35,111 bases of DNA from Gammaproteobacteria bacterium. Lineage in GTDB: Bacteria > Pseudomonadota > Gammaproteobacteria > BMS3Bbin11. The stretch's first letter is position 1, and the number at the start of each line of letters is the position of its first letter. This document shows, one piece after another, positions 18,282 to 27,866 of this stretch. The notes under the pieces are model-generated. The model was not told where the DNA came from. It saw nothing but the letters and a program-made list of their open reading frames with translations, and searched no databases. Location of the stretch: NCBI GenBank assembly GCA_036986095.1, contig BTQX01000003.1:1-35111 (forward strand), in the 5' to 3' direction. A program made the translations under genes and the position numbers.

Positions 18282-20243
18282 TCAGAAAATCAACGTCATC
18301 ATCATCATCATAACGACCAGAAACAGTATGGTCATAATCCCACCAGCCTTCATGAAGTCTGGCACTTTATAACCACCAGGACCCATAATTAGCGCATTCA
18401 CCTGATGGGTCGGGATCAGGAAGGAGTTTGATGTTGCCAGGGCGACGGTAAGCGCAAATACAGCGGGACTTGCACCGACACCAATGGCAATATTTACCGC
18501 CAGTGGCACCAGCAGAACTGTCGCACCAACGTTAGACATAACCAGGGTAAAGAATGTTGCCAATACAGCAACAGAGGCCTGAATCACCCAGATTGGCTGT
18601 TCACCCACTACAGTTAGTGTCTGATCAGCAATCCATTTCGCAGTGCCACTGGTTTCTACTGCAAGGCCCAGTGGTATTAAACTTGCCAGCAGGAAAACGG
18701 TTTTCCATGAGATAGCTTCATAGGCCTCGTCAATACTCAGCACACCGGACAATACCATGCCGATAGCACCGGTTAGCAGAGCAATCGACAAACGGAGATC
18801 GGTAAATAGAACAAGTAATAATGCAATGCCAAAGAACAGGGCCGCCCAACCTACCTTATTCGGACGTAGATCTTCATGTGGAAATTCTGTTGTTACAACA
18901 ACGAAGTTGCGATCTGATTCTAGACGAACCAGAGCTGTCCACTGTGTATGCACGACAAGTGTGTCGCCTGCCTGCAATGGCATGTCCCTTATTCCTTCAC
19001 CTTCACGCAGGGTTTCACCATTTCTATGCAGTGCAACCATGGCAATACCATAAACCTTACGTAACCAGATATCACGGGCGCTCTTTCCAATCAGATTTGA
19101 ACCCGGTGGGATTATAACTTCGGCGATACCAGCCTGAGTGGTCGCCAATGACTCAGTAAATATTTCAAACTCATCATGAATCATCAGGTCGTAGGTATCT
19201 GTAAAATCTTTGAGATTGACAGGTGATGCCAACACACACAGCGCCATTCTTTCTTCCAGGGCGACATCCCGGGCAAGAGAACCCGGACCAACGCGCGTTT
19301 CACCGTCCGGGCGTTGTGTAGCAATAATTCTAATAGGGTGATCTGTCTCGATCTCATCGATCATTTTACCCGATATGGAAGACTCTTTCGGCACACAAAC
19401 CTCTGTCATTTCATAGTCAATGCCATAGACATCCTGAAAATAACCCATAGTAGTCGCTGCAACAGAACCACTGTCCTTGCTTACTCGTGGTAATATGAAT
19501 TTCCCTGCCAGAACAAAGTAGATTATTCCGGTAGCAACCAGTGCAAACCCCACAGGTGTAACAGAAAATAATGACCACAATTCCATTTGCTTGTCATCCG
19601 GCAAGGCATGATTTGAGGTGAGTATAAGGTCGTTGAGCAGGATTAATGGCGATGAACCTACCATGGTGACAGTGCCACCAAGTATTGCACAGAAACCCAT
19701 GGGCATTAGCAGCCTGGACATCGGTAGACCTGATCGAGCAGAGATTCGACTAACTACCGGAAGAAATAATGCTGCTGCACCAACATTTTGCATAAAAGAC
19801 GAAATGATAGCGACAGTGCTGGAAATGATAGGGATAATGCGTTTTTCAGTTTTACCGCCGACTTTCAAAATATAGGCAGCAACGGTATTCATCAGGCCCG
19901 TTTTATCCAGCCCGGCACCGATTATCATTACTGCAATAATCGACATTACCGCATTACTTGAAAAACCTCTGAATAAGTGTTCATTGTCTACCAGGCCCTG
20001 TTCCAGTCCCATCCAGGGGGCGAAAAGTGACGTTAGACCCAACAGCACCATAATAGAGATAGCAGCAACATCAACACCTACAATTTCAAATACAAACAGA
20101 TAAATAGTCAGCAGAAGAAATGCTGAAACCCAGGCAATTTCGACTGAAGGAACGACGGTTGTCAGCCAGAGTGCAAACAGAAGAAAAATTAAACCCGCTA
20201 CCAGGTTTTTCATGTTACTTTTTATAATGTTGCCCACAGCCAT
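18282..20243 (-). CDS. SLC13/DASS family permease with TrkA-C (RCK_C) domains
   Basis: GFSSNAV, SSFMQNVGAAALFLP, LGGTVTMVGSSPLI, central soluble region, VMSNVGATVLLVP, PTHQVNALIMGPGGYK. Confidence 0.9.
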   Translation of the reverse strand: MAVGNIIKSNMKNLVAGLIFLLFALWLTTVVPSVEIAWVSAFLLLTIYLFVFEIVGVDVAAISIMVLLGLTSLFAPWMGLEQGLVDNEHLFRGFSSNAVMSIIAVMIIGAGLDKTGLMNTVAAYILKVGGKTEKRIIPIISSTVAIISSFMQNVGAAALFLPVVSRISARSGLPMSRLLMPMGFCAILGGTVTMVGSSPLILLNDLILTSNHALPDDKQMELWSLFSVTPVGFALVATGIIYFVLAGKFILPRVSKDSGSVAATTMGYFQDVYGIDYEMTEVCVPKESSISGKMIDEIETDHPIRIIATQRPDGETRVGPGSLARDVALEERMALCVLASPVNLKDFTDTYDLMIHDEFEIFTESLATTQAGIAEVIIPPGSNLIGKSARDIWLRKVYGIAMVALHRNGETLREGEGIRDMPLQAGDTLVVHTQWTALVRLESDRNFVVVTTEFPHEDLRPNKVGWAALFFGIALLLVLFTDLRLSIALLTGAIGMVLSGVLSIDEAYEAISWKTVFLLASLIPLGLAVETSGTAKWIADQTLTVVGEQPIWVIQASVAVLATFFTLVMSNVGATVLLVPLAVNIAIGVGASPAVFALTVALATSNSFLIPTHQVNALIMGPGGYKVPDFMKAGGIMTILFLVVMMMMMTLIF

Positions 20244-20264
20244 TCTCGCCCTACGTGATATATT

Positions 20265-20302
20265 AAAAAAACCTTATATTTTAATATATATAAGGTTTTT
20301 TT
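20265..20302. terminator. AT-rich hairpin flanked by A and T runs (possible terminator or operator)
   Basis: AAAAAAACCTTATAT-N8-ATATAAGGTTTTTTT, a perfect 15-bp inverted repeat. Confidence 0.4.
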
Positions 20303-20452
20303 GCGAGTTGCCTTCTGATAAACGACGTTACAGCGGGCTAGATCCAAAATAATATGAGACGATAAATATTATCTGACAAGCCTTGCTACTCTGAATTAAA
20401 AGACTGGAGACATTTTTCCAGCACCACTTGATGAAACACTGCAAAGCTTTAA

Positions 20453-21241
20453 TTAATTTGCATGACAAGCTTTGAGATCTCCCTCAAGTGCCGGGCGATA
20501 TTTTTCCTTTGCACCAGTGATAACCGGGTCGCCATGTGCAGGTAACACATGATCAAACTCTAAATCTAGAACCGAGCGAACTTCAGCTTCCTCTGGTTCG
20601 GCGAACCCTAACCACCCAGGCCCAATATTGAACTCCTTAAAAAATCCCATTTTCTTCATCATCCATCGTGCTGGAAAATTCACATACTGATCCGGCTCAG
20701 GGGTGTTTTGCAGGGAATCGCCTGTAACCAGGATTCCCCCTTCTCTTGCTAGAATAATAATCGCTTCTGTGGGTTTAGCTGTTCCAAATATTTTTAGAGA
20801 AGCTGAATCAATGGGTAGAACACTGTCATTTTCTAACCATACATCGGCCTGCATATATCCATCTTCTGTTTTTGTTTCATTATCAAACTTACGAACATAA
20901 GTCTGTCCCCGAATTGCATAGATCTTTGCGCCATATTTTTCACGGTAAAAGGCATCATCACGGCCATGAAATCCTGCTATTCGAATTACGTTTGTTACAT
21001 TACCAATGTTATCCAGTTCATCTAGTCCCGCGTCTGTTAAGCGCATCGAATTGATAAGTGTTAATTCATTATTGGATGGATCTCGAAGAATTGTCATGGA
21101 ACGTGACACTTTCATCGGCAGCATTATTGGCATTTTCACTGCGCCTTTTACAAACCAGATATCTTTAAATAAATTTTCGAAATGACCATGTGCCATAGCA
21201 CACGGGTACTTTAATTTTGTTGAGCTTTTATTATTAACCAT
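20453..21241 (-). CDS. Hypothetical protein, probable metallo-beta-lactamase-like fold
   Basis: RSMTILR, GFHGRDD, ILVTGDS and DHVLPAHG resemble degenerate MBL motifs. Confidence 0.6.
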   Translation of the reverse strand: MVNNKSSTKLKYPCAMAHGHFENLFKDIWFVKGAVKMPIMLPMKVSRSMTILRDPSNNELTLINSMRLTDAGLDELDNIGNVTNVIRIAGFHGRDDAFYREKYGAKIYAIRGQTYVRKFDNETKTEDGYMQADVWLENDSVLPIDSASLKIFGTAKPTEAIIILAREGGILVTGDSLQNTPEPDQYVNFPARWMMKKMGFFKEFNIGPGWLGFAEPEEAEVRSVLDLEFDHVLPAHGDPVITGAKEKYRPALEGDLKACHAN

Positions 21242-21333
21242 ATAATGATCTCCAATTTTTTATTGTTATTACTTACTTTGTAAGGAATATGCAAAATAGA
21301 AGTACTTTATATCCTGAATATCTATGAAGTTCG

Positions 21334-21969
21334 TTAGATTTCAAAAGACGGACCAGACTTTGCCCACGCAGGGATAGCCTCCAGCCTCAAATACCAGGAT
21401 TTAATTACAGGATATTCTTCTAATGGAATACGTGAAGACTTTGATAAAACGAGTGCTGACATGGCACCCACTGAAAAATCAGCCAGAGTTAGGGTATCAC
21501 CAGTAATAAATTCATTGCCATTCAGCTGTTTCTCCAGGATAGGCGCAAAAAGATTGAAATCAGTAAGTCCAGCTTCGATTTTACTTTCGTCTGGCCCTCC
21601 AGGTATCTTAAACAAAGGCTTAATTAATGTTTCCCAAACAATAGACCCAACGGCTTTATTGTAGTGATTAGATTCCCAAAATTGCCAACGTGTAATATCC
21701 ATTCTTTTTACTAAATCATCGGGAAACAGGTCATTATTTGGGGCGGTTAATGCCAGGTATTGAGCGATTGCGTTGGACTCCCACAATTTAAATTCACCAT
21801 CTTCAAGTGCCGGGACTTTTCCATTTGGGTTGATTCCCAGGAAATCATCGGTTTTAAGATCCCCAGCCATCACATCTTTACTAATGACATCAACATCTAA
21901 ATCAAGATAATTCACTACCGCCTGGGCCTTTCTAACATTGGGCGATACAGGCATTACGTAAAGTTTCAT
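21334..21969 (-). CDS. Glutathione S-transferase family protein
   Basis: SPNVRK, INPNGKVPALEDG, LWESNAIAQYL, GDTLTLADFS. Confidence 0.95.
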   Translation of the reverse strand: MKLYVMPVSPNVRKAQAVVNYLDLDVDVISKDVMAGDLKTDDFLGINPNGKVPALEDGEFKLWESNAIAQYLALTAPNNDLFPDDLVKRMDITRWQFWESNHYNKAVGSIVWETLIKPLFKIPGGPDESKIEAGLTDFNLFAPILEKQLNGNEFITGDTLTLADFSVGAMSALVLSKSSRIPLEEYPVIKSWYLRLEAIPAWAKSGPSFEI

Positions 21970-21993
21970 TTTCTTCTCCTTTTAATGATTATT

Positions 21994-22048
21994 AATTGCA
22001 CATTGCAAGTGGCATTGAGACTAATACAAGCACTTTCATTTTGCAAGT
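21994..22048. promoter_or_regulatory. Two palindromic operator-like boxes ACTTGCA-N3-TGCAAGT between the GST and HxlR genes
   Basis: AATTGCA-CAT-TGCAAGT (21994-22010) and ACTTTCA-TTT-TGCAAGT (22032-22048), next to TATAAT at 22054-22059. Confidence 0.6.
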
Positions 22049-22075
22049 AATATTATAATAGGCTAAAATTAGAGT

Positions 22076-22516
22076 ATGAAGAAGCCTGCAATCAACCGAA
22101 GGTCATATTGCCCTGTCACTTTTGCCCTGGACATTATTGGAGACAGGTGGGCCCTTCTGATAATTAGGGATATTCTCTTTTTAGGGAAATCTAATTTTGG
22201 AGACTTTGCTAAATCGCCAGAGGGGATAGCAACAAATATTTTAACTGACCGATTAAAACGTCTTGAAGGGCAAAATATTATTGCAAAAAATCCAGATGAA
22301 AATAATCTATCCAAATATGTATACAGCCTTACGGACAAAGGCCTGGATCTTTTACCGATCATGGTTGAGATGATTTTGTTTTCTGAGAAACATGATCTGG
22401 AAACTGCCGCATCAAAAAGTACGTTGAAAAAAATTAGAACTAATAAAAATAAGTTCATCAAGGAACTTCGACAAAAGCATAAAACAGCGTTTAAGAATAA
22501 CCTTCAGGGCGGTTAG
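22076..22516 (+). CDS. HxlR (MarR/DUF24) family transcriptional regulator
   Basis: RSYCPVTFALDIIGDRWALLIIRD, EGIATNILTDRLKRLE, YSLTDKGLDL. Confidence 0.93.
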   Translation: MKKPAINRRSYCPVTFALDIIGDRWALLIIRDILFLGKSNFGDFAKSPEGIATNILTDRLKRLEGQNIIAKNPDENNLSKYVYSLTDKGLDLLPIMVEMILFSEKHDLETAASKSTLKKIRTNKNKFIKELRQKHKTAFKNNLQGG

Positions 22517-22553
22517 TATAGGGAACATTAATAACACAAATAACTTCTTGAAT

Positions 22554-23012
22554 TCATTGATGGTTCTGATTTAATACCAGCCTAACCTTCTCAATGTTCT
22601 TCCGGTTAACTCCCAGATCCGATTTGCCTACCCTGGAAGCAGAGCGGACATGAATTATTCCGCTCTCAGGAACTAGCCTGAACTCCATATCATCGACAAA
22701 ACGGAATAGTCGACTAGTGTAGACCGCTCGAAGGTATGTTTCATCATAATACTTGACCACTCCACCAGATTTTCCAATTGCCGCCCGAAGGTCATTCCAT
22801 GCCTGCTCAGCAGAACCCGTGTAGACAATTGGAGCAATCTTTTTAGTGCTTTCAACATCCTCGCTGGAAACACAATTTGGGGTATCAGGACAGGGGCGTA
22901 ATAATCCATTTACCAGCTTCGTTTCTGGTGCCTTCGAAGTCAGTGACAGATAGATCATCCGCCCGATGACAAGCAGGACTAAAACAAACAATATTCCAGC
23001 AAATATTTTCAA
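22554..23012 (-). CDS. DUF1499 family protein
   Basis: LRPCPDTPNCVSS, SRLFRFVDDMEF, IHVRSASRVGKSDLGVNRK. Confidence 0.92.
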   Translation of the reverse strand: MKIFAGILFVLVLLVIGRMIYLSLTSKAPETKLVNGLLRPCPDTPNCVSSEDVESTKKIAPIVYTGSAEQAWNDLRAAIGKSGGVVKYYDETYLRAVYTSRLFRFVDDMEFRLVPESGIIHVRSASRVGKSDLGVNRKNIEKVRLVLNQNHQ

Positions 23013-23176
23013 TTCAAACCCATCCTTAGGCGCCTTTGCAGGAACCTCTGAGTATCGTCATTCTCAAGAAAGCCAGAGATATGGCATAATTAATCAAAGG
23101 CTCCCTGGAATCAAGCCTTTCCATAGTTTGTTCAGCGATATACACACAGATACAGAGACAATCGCCATATAATCAG

Positions 23177-23950
23177 ATGACAATTACCCTGCAACCACTT
23201 CCTGCTCTGTCGGATAACTACATTTGGCTAATAATCAACACGATTAATTCCACTGCAGTAATTATTGACCCTGGCGCTGCTACCGTCTGTGTGAACTACC
23301 TTAAACAGCAGAATATAAGGCCGACAGCAATACTAGTTACCCATCACCACTGGGATCATGTAGATGGAATTGAACGGCTGGTACAAAAATATGACATTCC
23401 TGTTTATGGCCCTGCCACAGAAGATATACCCTGTCTCACATCACCATTAACTGGCAATGACCGTTTCGACATACCCGAGTTAACACTGGACTTTCAGGTA
23501 ATAGATTTATGCGGACATACTGCTGGACATATTGGTTATCTAACAAACAACATGCTGTTCTGTGGCGACACCCTTTTCAGCGCAGGCTGCGGTCGATTGT
23601 ATGACGGCACCGCTGAACAATTGCACGCGGCAATACAAAGAATTGCCCGCCTTCCCACTGACACCTCTATATATTGCGGACACGAATACACGCTGGATAA
23701 TCTCCGCTTTGCACTGGCTGTAGAGCCAGAGAATGCAGCTGTAAAATCAAGAGTTGAAGAAGTAAAGGCTCTACGCGAAAAAAACCAGCCCTCCCTGCCC
23801 GTCAGCCTGGAAAATGAAATGCGCTACAACCCTTTCCTGCGTACAGATAAAGAAAACGTCATGAAAACAGTCGCACAGCATTCAGGACAGAAAATAGACA
23901 ACAGCGAAGATTGCTTCAGGTATTTGCGATTATTGAAGGATAGATTCTAA
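23177..23950 (+). CDS. gloB: Hydroxyacylglutathione hydrolase (glyoxalase II)
   Basis: DNYIWL, THHHWDH, GHTAGH, FCGDTLFSAGCGR, CGHEYT, NPFLR. Confidence 0.95.
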   Translation: MTITLQPLPALSDNYIWLIINTINSTAVIIDPGAATVCVNYLKQQNIRPTAILVTHHHWDHVDGIERLVQKYDIPVYGPATEDIPCLTSPLTGNDRFDIPELTLDFQVIDLCGHTAGHIGYLTNNMLFCGDTLFSAGCGRLYDGTAEQLHAAIQRIARLPTDTSIYCGHEYTLDNLRFALAVEPENAAVKSRVEEVKALREKNQPSLPVSLENEMRYNPFLRTDKENVMKTVAQHSGQKIDNSEDCFRYLRLLKDRF

Positions 23951-23967
23951 ATCAAAAAAAGAAATTC

Positions 23968-24132
23968 AAAAGCTTTCACCACAGAGGACACGAAGGTCAC
24001 AGAGGACTAAAGGTTTTTAAATTAGCAACGAATAACGTTTTATCCATTGAGGCTAAAATCTACAAAAGACAACGGAATAACTCAACTTCAAAAACCTCTG
24101 TGACCTCCGTGTCCTCTGTGGTGAAAGCTTTT
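23968..24132. repeat. ACCACAGAG-family inverted repeat between convergent gloB and panD
   Basis: AAAAGCTTTCACCACAGAGGACACGAAGGTCACAGAGG / CCTCTGTGACCTCCGTGTCCTCTGTGGTGAAAGCTTTT, 38 bp with 1 mismatch. Confidence 0.92.
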
Positions 24133-24133
24133 T

Positions 24134-24514
24134 TCAAGCCGCCTGGACAGGAATCCGGTTGCCAATACGAATAATTGCATTCATTTCGTCGAGGTAAACC
24201 AGCACAGGTTTGAAAACTTTCATCTCGGCTTCGTTAAAAGCTGCATAGGAGCAAATAATCAGCTTATCGCCTGGGTTTGCCTTGTGCGCCGCAGCGCCGT
24301 TGACGGATACGATGCCGCTTCCAGATTCGGCCTGAATGGCATAGGTAGTAAAACGCTCGCCATTAGTGATATTGTAGATCTGAATCTGTTCGTATTCGTG
24401 TATGCCAGAAGCTTTCAATAAAACACAGTCTATCGCGCAGGAGCCTTCGTACTCCAGTTCAGAGTGCGTGACACGCGCACCGTGTAATTTAGCTTTCAGT
24501 AATGTGGTCAACAT
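24134..24514 (-). CDS. panD: Aspartate 1-decarboxylase
   Basis: [14 protein letters not shown] (G-S self-cleavage site), [14 protein letters not shown]. Confidence 0.96.
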   Translation of the reverse strand: MLTTLLKAKLHGARVTHSELEYEGSCAIDCVLLKASGIHEYEQIQIYNITNGERFTTYAIQAESGSGIVSVNGAAAHKANPGDKLIICSYAAFNEAEMKVFKPVLVYLDEMNAIIRIGNRIPVQAA

Positions 24515-24660
24515 GGGCTATCATTTGGGCCGGGGTTAACAATAAGACAATTATGAAGCATCACCGTTCCAGGTTCAAACAATCCGTGACAAAAAAAACG
24601 AAATATTGACTAAATACCTGTATTAAGATAAATCAATATCACTTTGTTTTTACTAAATAA

Positions 24661-25830
24661 ATGAATATACACGAATACCAGGCAAAGGCATTACTCGCTG
24701 AATACAATATTCCTGTTCCTGCAGGATCAGCCTGCATGAACCCTGATGATTGTATTGCTGCAGCTAAAAAGCTGGGGGGTAATCTGTGGGTAGTCAAGGC
24801 CCAGATTCATGCTGGTGGCCGTGGCAAGGCCGGCGGAGTCAAAATCGCCAGTTCCATTGAAGAAGTCGGCCAGCATGCCCACAGCATTTATGGAATGAAC
24901 CTGGTCAGCAAGCAGACAGGACCCCAGGGACACATCGTTAAACGGTTGCTAGTTGAGGAAGGCGTTGATATAGCCCGTGAATTGTATGTAGGCATGCTGG
25001 TCGATCGAAGTCGCCAGCAGATTGCACTGCTGGCAAGCACCGAAGGCGGGACAGAGATTGAGGAAGTGGCTGCGGCAACACCTGAAAAAATCCTTACTGC
25101 CTATGCCGATTATGAATCTGGCTTTAATCAGAATGATCTTGCATCCATTACAGAAAAATTAGGACTGGCGGGTCCGACAAAAACTCAGGCGATTGAGCTA
25201 TTCAATACTCTGCTGCAGTTATTCATAGAAAAAGACGCCTCTCTGGTAGAAATCAATCCACTGGTCATTACCCCGGCAGGTGACATTATCGCGCTGGATA
25301 CAAAAATGAATTTTGATGACAACGCCCTCTATCGACACCCTGAAATCAATGATCTGAACGACCCGGATGAGCAGGATCCTGACGAAATTGAAGCAGCCAA
25401 ACACGACCTCAGCTATATCCCGCTGGATGGAAATATCGGCTGCATGGTCAACGGCGCAGGACTGGCCATGGCAACCATGGATATTATCAAGCTCTATGGT
25501 AGTGAACCCGCCAACTTTTTAGATGTCGGAGGTGGAGCCACTGTTGAAAAGGTCACCAATGCGTTTCAGCTGATGTTGAAAAACCCTCATATTAAAGCCA
25601 TCCTGGTGAATATATTCGGTGGAATCATGCGCTGTGACATCATCGCTGAAGGCCTGATCACGGCCGCACGCGATATTCACCTGGATATACCAATGATAGT
25701 ACGCCTGGAAGGAACCAATGCGGATCAGGGGAAAAAACTGCTGGCAGAATCAGGCTTAAGTATTATTACAGCCAGCGATATGGCCGATGCGGCTAAAAAA
25801 GCCGTTGAAGCAGCGGGAGGGAATGTCTGA
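24661..25830 (+). CDS. sucC: Succinate--CoA ligase beta subunit
   Basis: [60 protein letters not shown]. Confidence 0.95.
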   Translation: MNIHEYQAKALLAEYNIPVPAGSACMNPDDCIAAAKKLGGNLWVVKAQIHAGGRGKAGGVKIASSIEEVGQHAHSIYGMNLVSKQTGPQGHIVKRLLVEEGVDIARELYVGMLVDRSRQQIALLASTEGGTEIEEVAAATPEKILTAYADYESGFNQNDLASITEKLGLAGPTKTQAIELFNTLLQLFIEKDASLVEINPLVITPAGDIIALDTKMNFDDNALYRHPEINDLNDPDEQDPDEIEAAKHDLSYIPLDGNIGCMVNGAGLAMATMDIIKLYGSEPANFLDVGGGATVEKVTNAFQLMLKNPHIKAILVNIFGGIMRCDIIAEGLITAARDIHLDIPMIVRLEGTNADQGKKLLAESGLSIITASDMADAAKKAVEAAGGNV

Positions 25831-26708
25831 TGTCGATATTAATTGATAAAAATACCCGCGTATTGACCCAGGGCATCACAGGTAAAACAGGGCAGTTCCA
25901 TACTCACCATAGCGCGGCTTACGCAAATGGCAAACAGGCTTATGTTGCTGGTGTCACACCAGGCAAAGGTGGTCAGGAATTTGAAGGTATTCCCGTATTC
26001 AATACCGTGATTGAAGCAAAGAAAGAAACCGGGGCAAATGTCTCGGTCATTTACGTACCACCTCCCTTTGCCGCTGCGGCCATTGATGAAGCAGTAGATG
26101 CTGGCATTGAACTGGTTATTTGTATCACAGAAGGCATCCCTGTTCTGGACATGGTGCGAACCCGTCATAAGATGAAGAACTTCTCGACCCTGCTGATTGG
26201 CCCGAACTGCCCGGGGATCATCACACCGGATGAGATAAAAATCGGCATCATGCCGGGGCATATTCACAAAAAAGGCTCGATCGGTGTTGTTTCACGTTCC
26301 GGCACCCTGACCTATGAAGCCGTCGATCAGTTGACACAACTCGGCCTGGGACAATCTTCCTGTGTTGGCATTGGCGGCGATCCGGTCAATGGCATGAAGC
26401 ATCTGGATGTTATGAAACAGTTTAACGACGACCCGGAAACTGAAGCAGTGGTGATGGTCGGTGAAATTGGCGGCAGTGATGAAGAAGAATGTGCCGTCTG
26501 GGTAAAAGAAAACATGACCAAGCCTGTGGTCGGCTTTATTGCCGGAATCACAGCCCCAGCAGGCAAGCGCATGGGCCATGCCGGCGCCATCATCTCCGGC
26601 GGCAAAGGAACCGCCGCTGAAAAGATCAAGATAATGGAAGAATGTGGAATTACTGTAACAAAGAACCCGGCTGAAATGGGTAATACGCTGAAGAAACTGC
26701 TGTCTTAA
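25830..26708 (+). CDS. sucD: Succinate--CoA ligase alpha subunit
   Basis: [39 protein letters not shown] (phospho-His). Confidence 0.95.
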   Translation: MSILIDKNTRVLTQGITGKTGQFHTHHSAAYANGKQAYVAGVTPGKGGQEFEGIPVFNTVIEAKKETGANVSVIYVPPPFAAAAIDEAVDAGIELVICITEGIPVLDMVRTRHKMKNFSTLLIGPNCPGIITPDEIKIGIMPGHIHKKGSIGVVSRSGTLTYEAVDQLTQLGLGQSSCVGIGGDPVNGMKHLDVMKQFNDDPETEAVVMVGEIGGSDEEECAVWVKENMTKPVVGFIAGITAPAGKRMGHAGAIISGGKGTAAEKIKIMEECGITVTKNPAEMGNTLKKLLS

Positions 26709-26714
26709 CGAAGC

Positions 26715-26829
26715 TGTAGGAGCGCCGCACCCGGCGCGATGTTATTTTTGAAGATACGAGATTAAGGACGAAAGACGAAAGAAAAGCCCTGCCAAAAATC
26801 CTTCATCCTTCGTCCTTAATCTTTCATCT
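26715..26829. repeat. Solo GTAG REP arm followed by inverted heptamer arrays
   Basis: TGTAGGAGCGCCGCACCCGGCGCGAT, then AGATACG AGATTAA GGACGAA AGACGAA AG ... CCTTCAT CCTTCGT CCTTAAT CTTTCAT CT. Confidence 0.8.
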
Positions 26830-26972
26830 GCTTTTTCAATGCCCCGTAACGAAACGAACAGTCAACCACCACTTAAGCGCAAACAACAATCCTGATCCAG
26901 AAACCACAAGCAGGACAATCCACAGAATTTTAAGATTACTCTTTTTTTCCATATCAACGTCTTGTTGAGTCA

Positions 26973-27866
26973 TTAACAACAACTATCACAACAATGGTCA
27001 ACCTCAAACTCAAGTGTCGAATGCGTAATAGAGAATTTTTTTTCGATCCGACCTTTCAATAAATGCTTAATATTTTCTGTCTCATTGAAATCATTTATTA
27101 CAACATGGGCTTCCAGTGCATTCCGATGCTCATCAAGCTGCCAGAGATGAACATGATGGACATTTAATACATCGTCTACAGCCTCCATCGTATGGATGAC
27201 TTCATCCAAATTGATACCTTCTGGCGCGCCTTCCATCAGGATATGAATGGTTTCTGGTAATAGAGTCGCTGCCTGATACAGCACATAACCGGCAATCAAG
27301 AAAGTAAACAAGGTATCTGTCCAGTACCATTGATAGAGCAATATTAAAGTTCCTGCAATGATTACCCCGACAGAAGCCAGGGCATCGGAGACATTATGAA
27401 TAAATGCTGCCTTTATATTCACACTACCCTTTGACATGGTATAGGTAAGAATGGCTGTAGCGATATCTATAATCAGGGCAACCGTGGCAACAATGATCAC
27501 CGTCCAGCCGGCAATAATTTGCGGTTCGAATATACGCCAGATGGCCTCATAGATCAGATACAAACCCACAATCACCAGAGTCACAAGATTAATAAGTGCT
27601 GCAATCACTTCTGCCCGCTTGTAGCCAAATGTTTTTAATTGATCAGCAGGCTGGCGTCCTATTTTTCTGGCGGCAAAAGCAATCAGCAAAGAACTTGCAT
27701 CACTGAAGTTATGCAGGGCATCAGCTATCAGCGAAAGACTGCCGGAGGCTATACCACCAATCACCTGAGCCACAGTGAGCAGCATATTGATGGCAATTGC
27801 AATTCCTAAACGGCGATCACCTATGCTATCTATATCATGATCATGATGGGCGTGACTGTGACTCAT
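26973..27866 (-). CDS. Cation diffusion facilitator (CzcD/ZitB-like Zn/Co/Cd exporter)
   Basis: His-rich N-terminus, SLSLIADALHNFSD, TFGYKRAE, AAFIHNVSD, VHHVHLW, HSTLEFE; C-terminus HCCDSCC. Confidence 0.93.
   Translation of the reverse strand: MSHSHAHHDHDIDSIGDRRLGIAIAINMLLTVAQVIGGIASGSLSLIADALHNFSDASSLLIAFAARKIGRQPADQLKTFGYKRAEVIAALINLVTLVIVGLYLIYEAIWRIFEPQIIAGWTVIIVATVALIIDIATAILTYTMSKGSVNIKAAFIHNVSDALASVGVIIAGTLILLYQWYWTDTLFTFLIAGYVLYQAATLLPETIHILMEGAPEGINLDEVIHTMEAVDDVLNVHHVHLWQLDEHRNALEAHVVINDFNETENIKHLLKGRIEKKFSITHSTLEFEVDHCCDSCC

Noticed and set aside
24661-26708. Malate thiokinase (MtkAB) instead of SucCD, given nearby malate genes
   Set aside because: There is no malyl-CoA lyase or serine-cycle context and the motifs fit ordinary SucCD. 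It cannot be fully excluded without a phylogeny.
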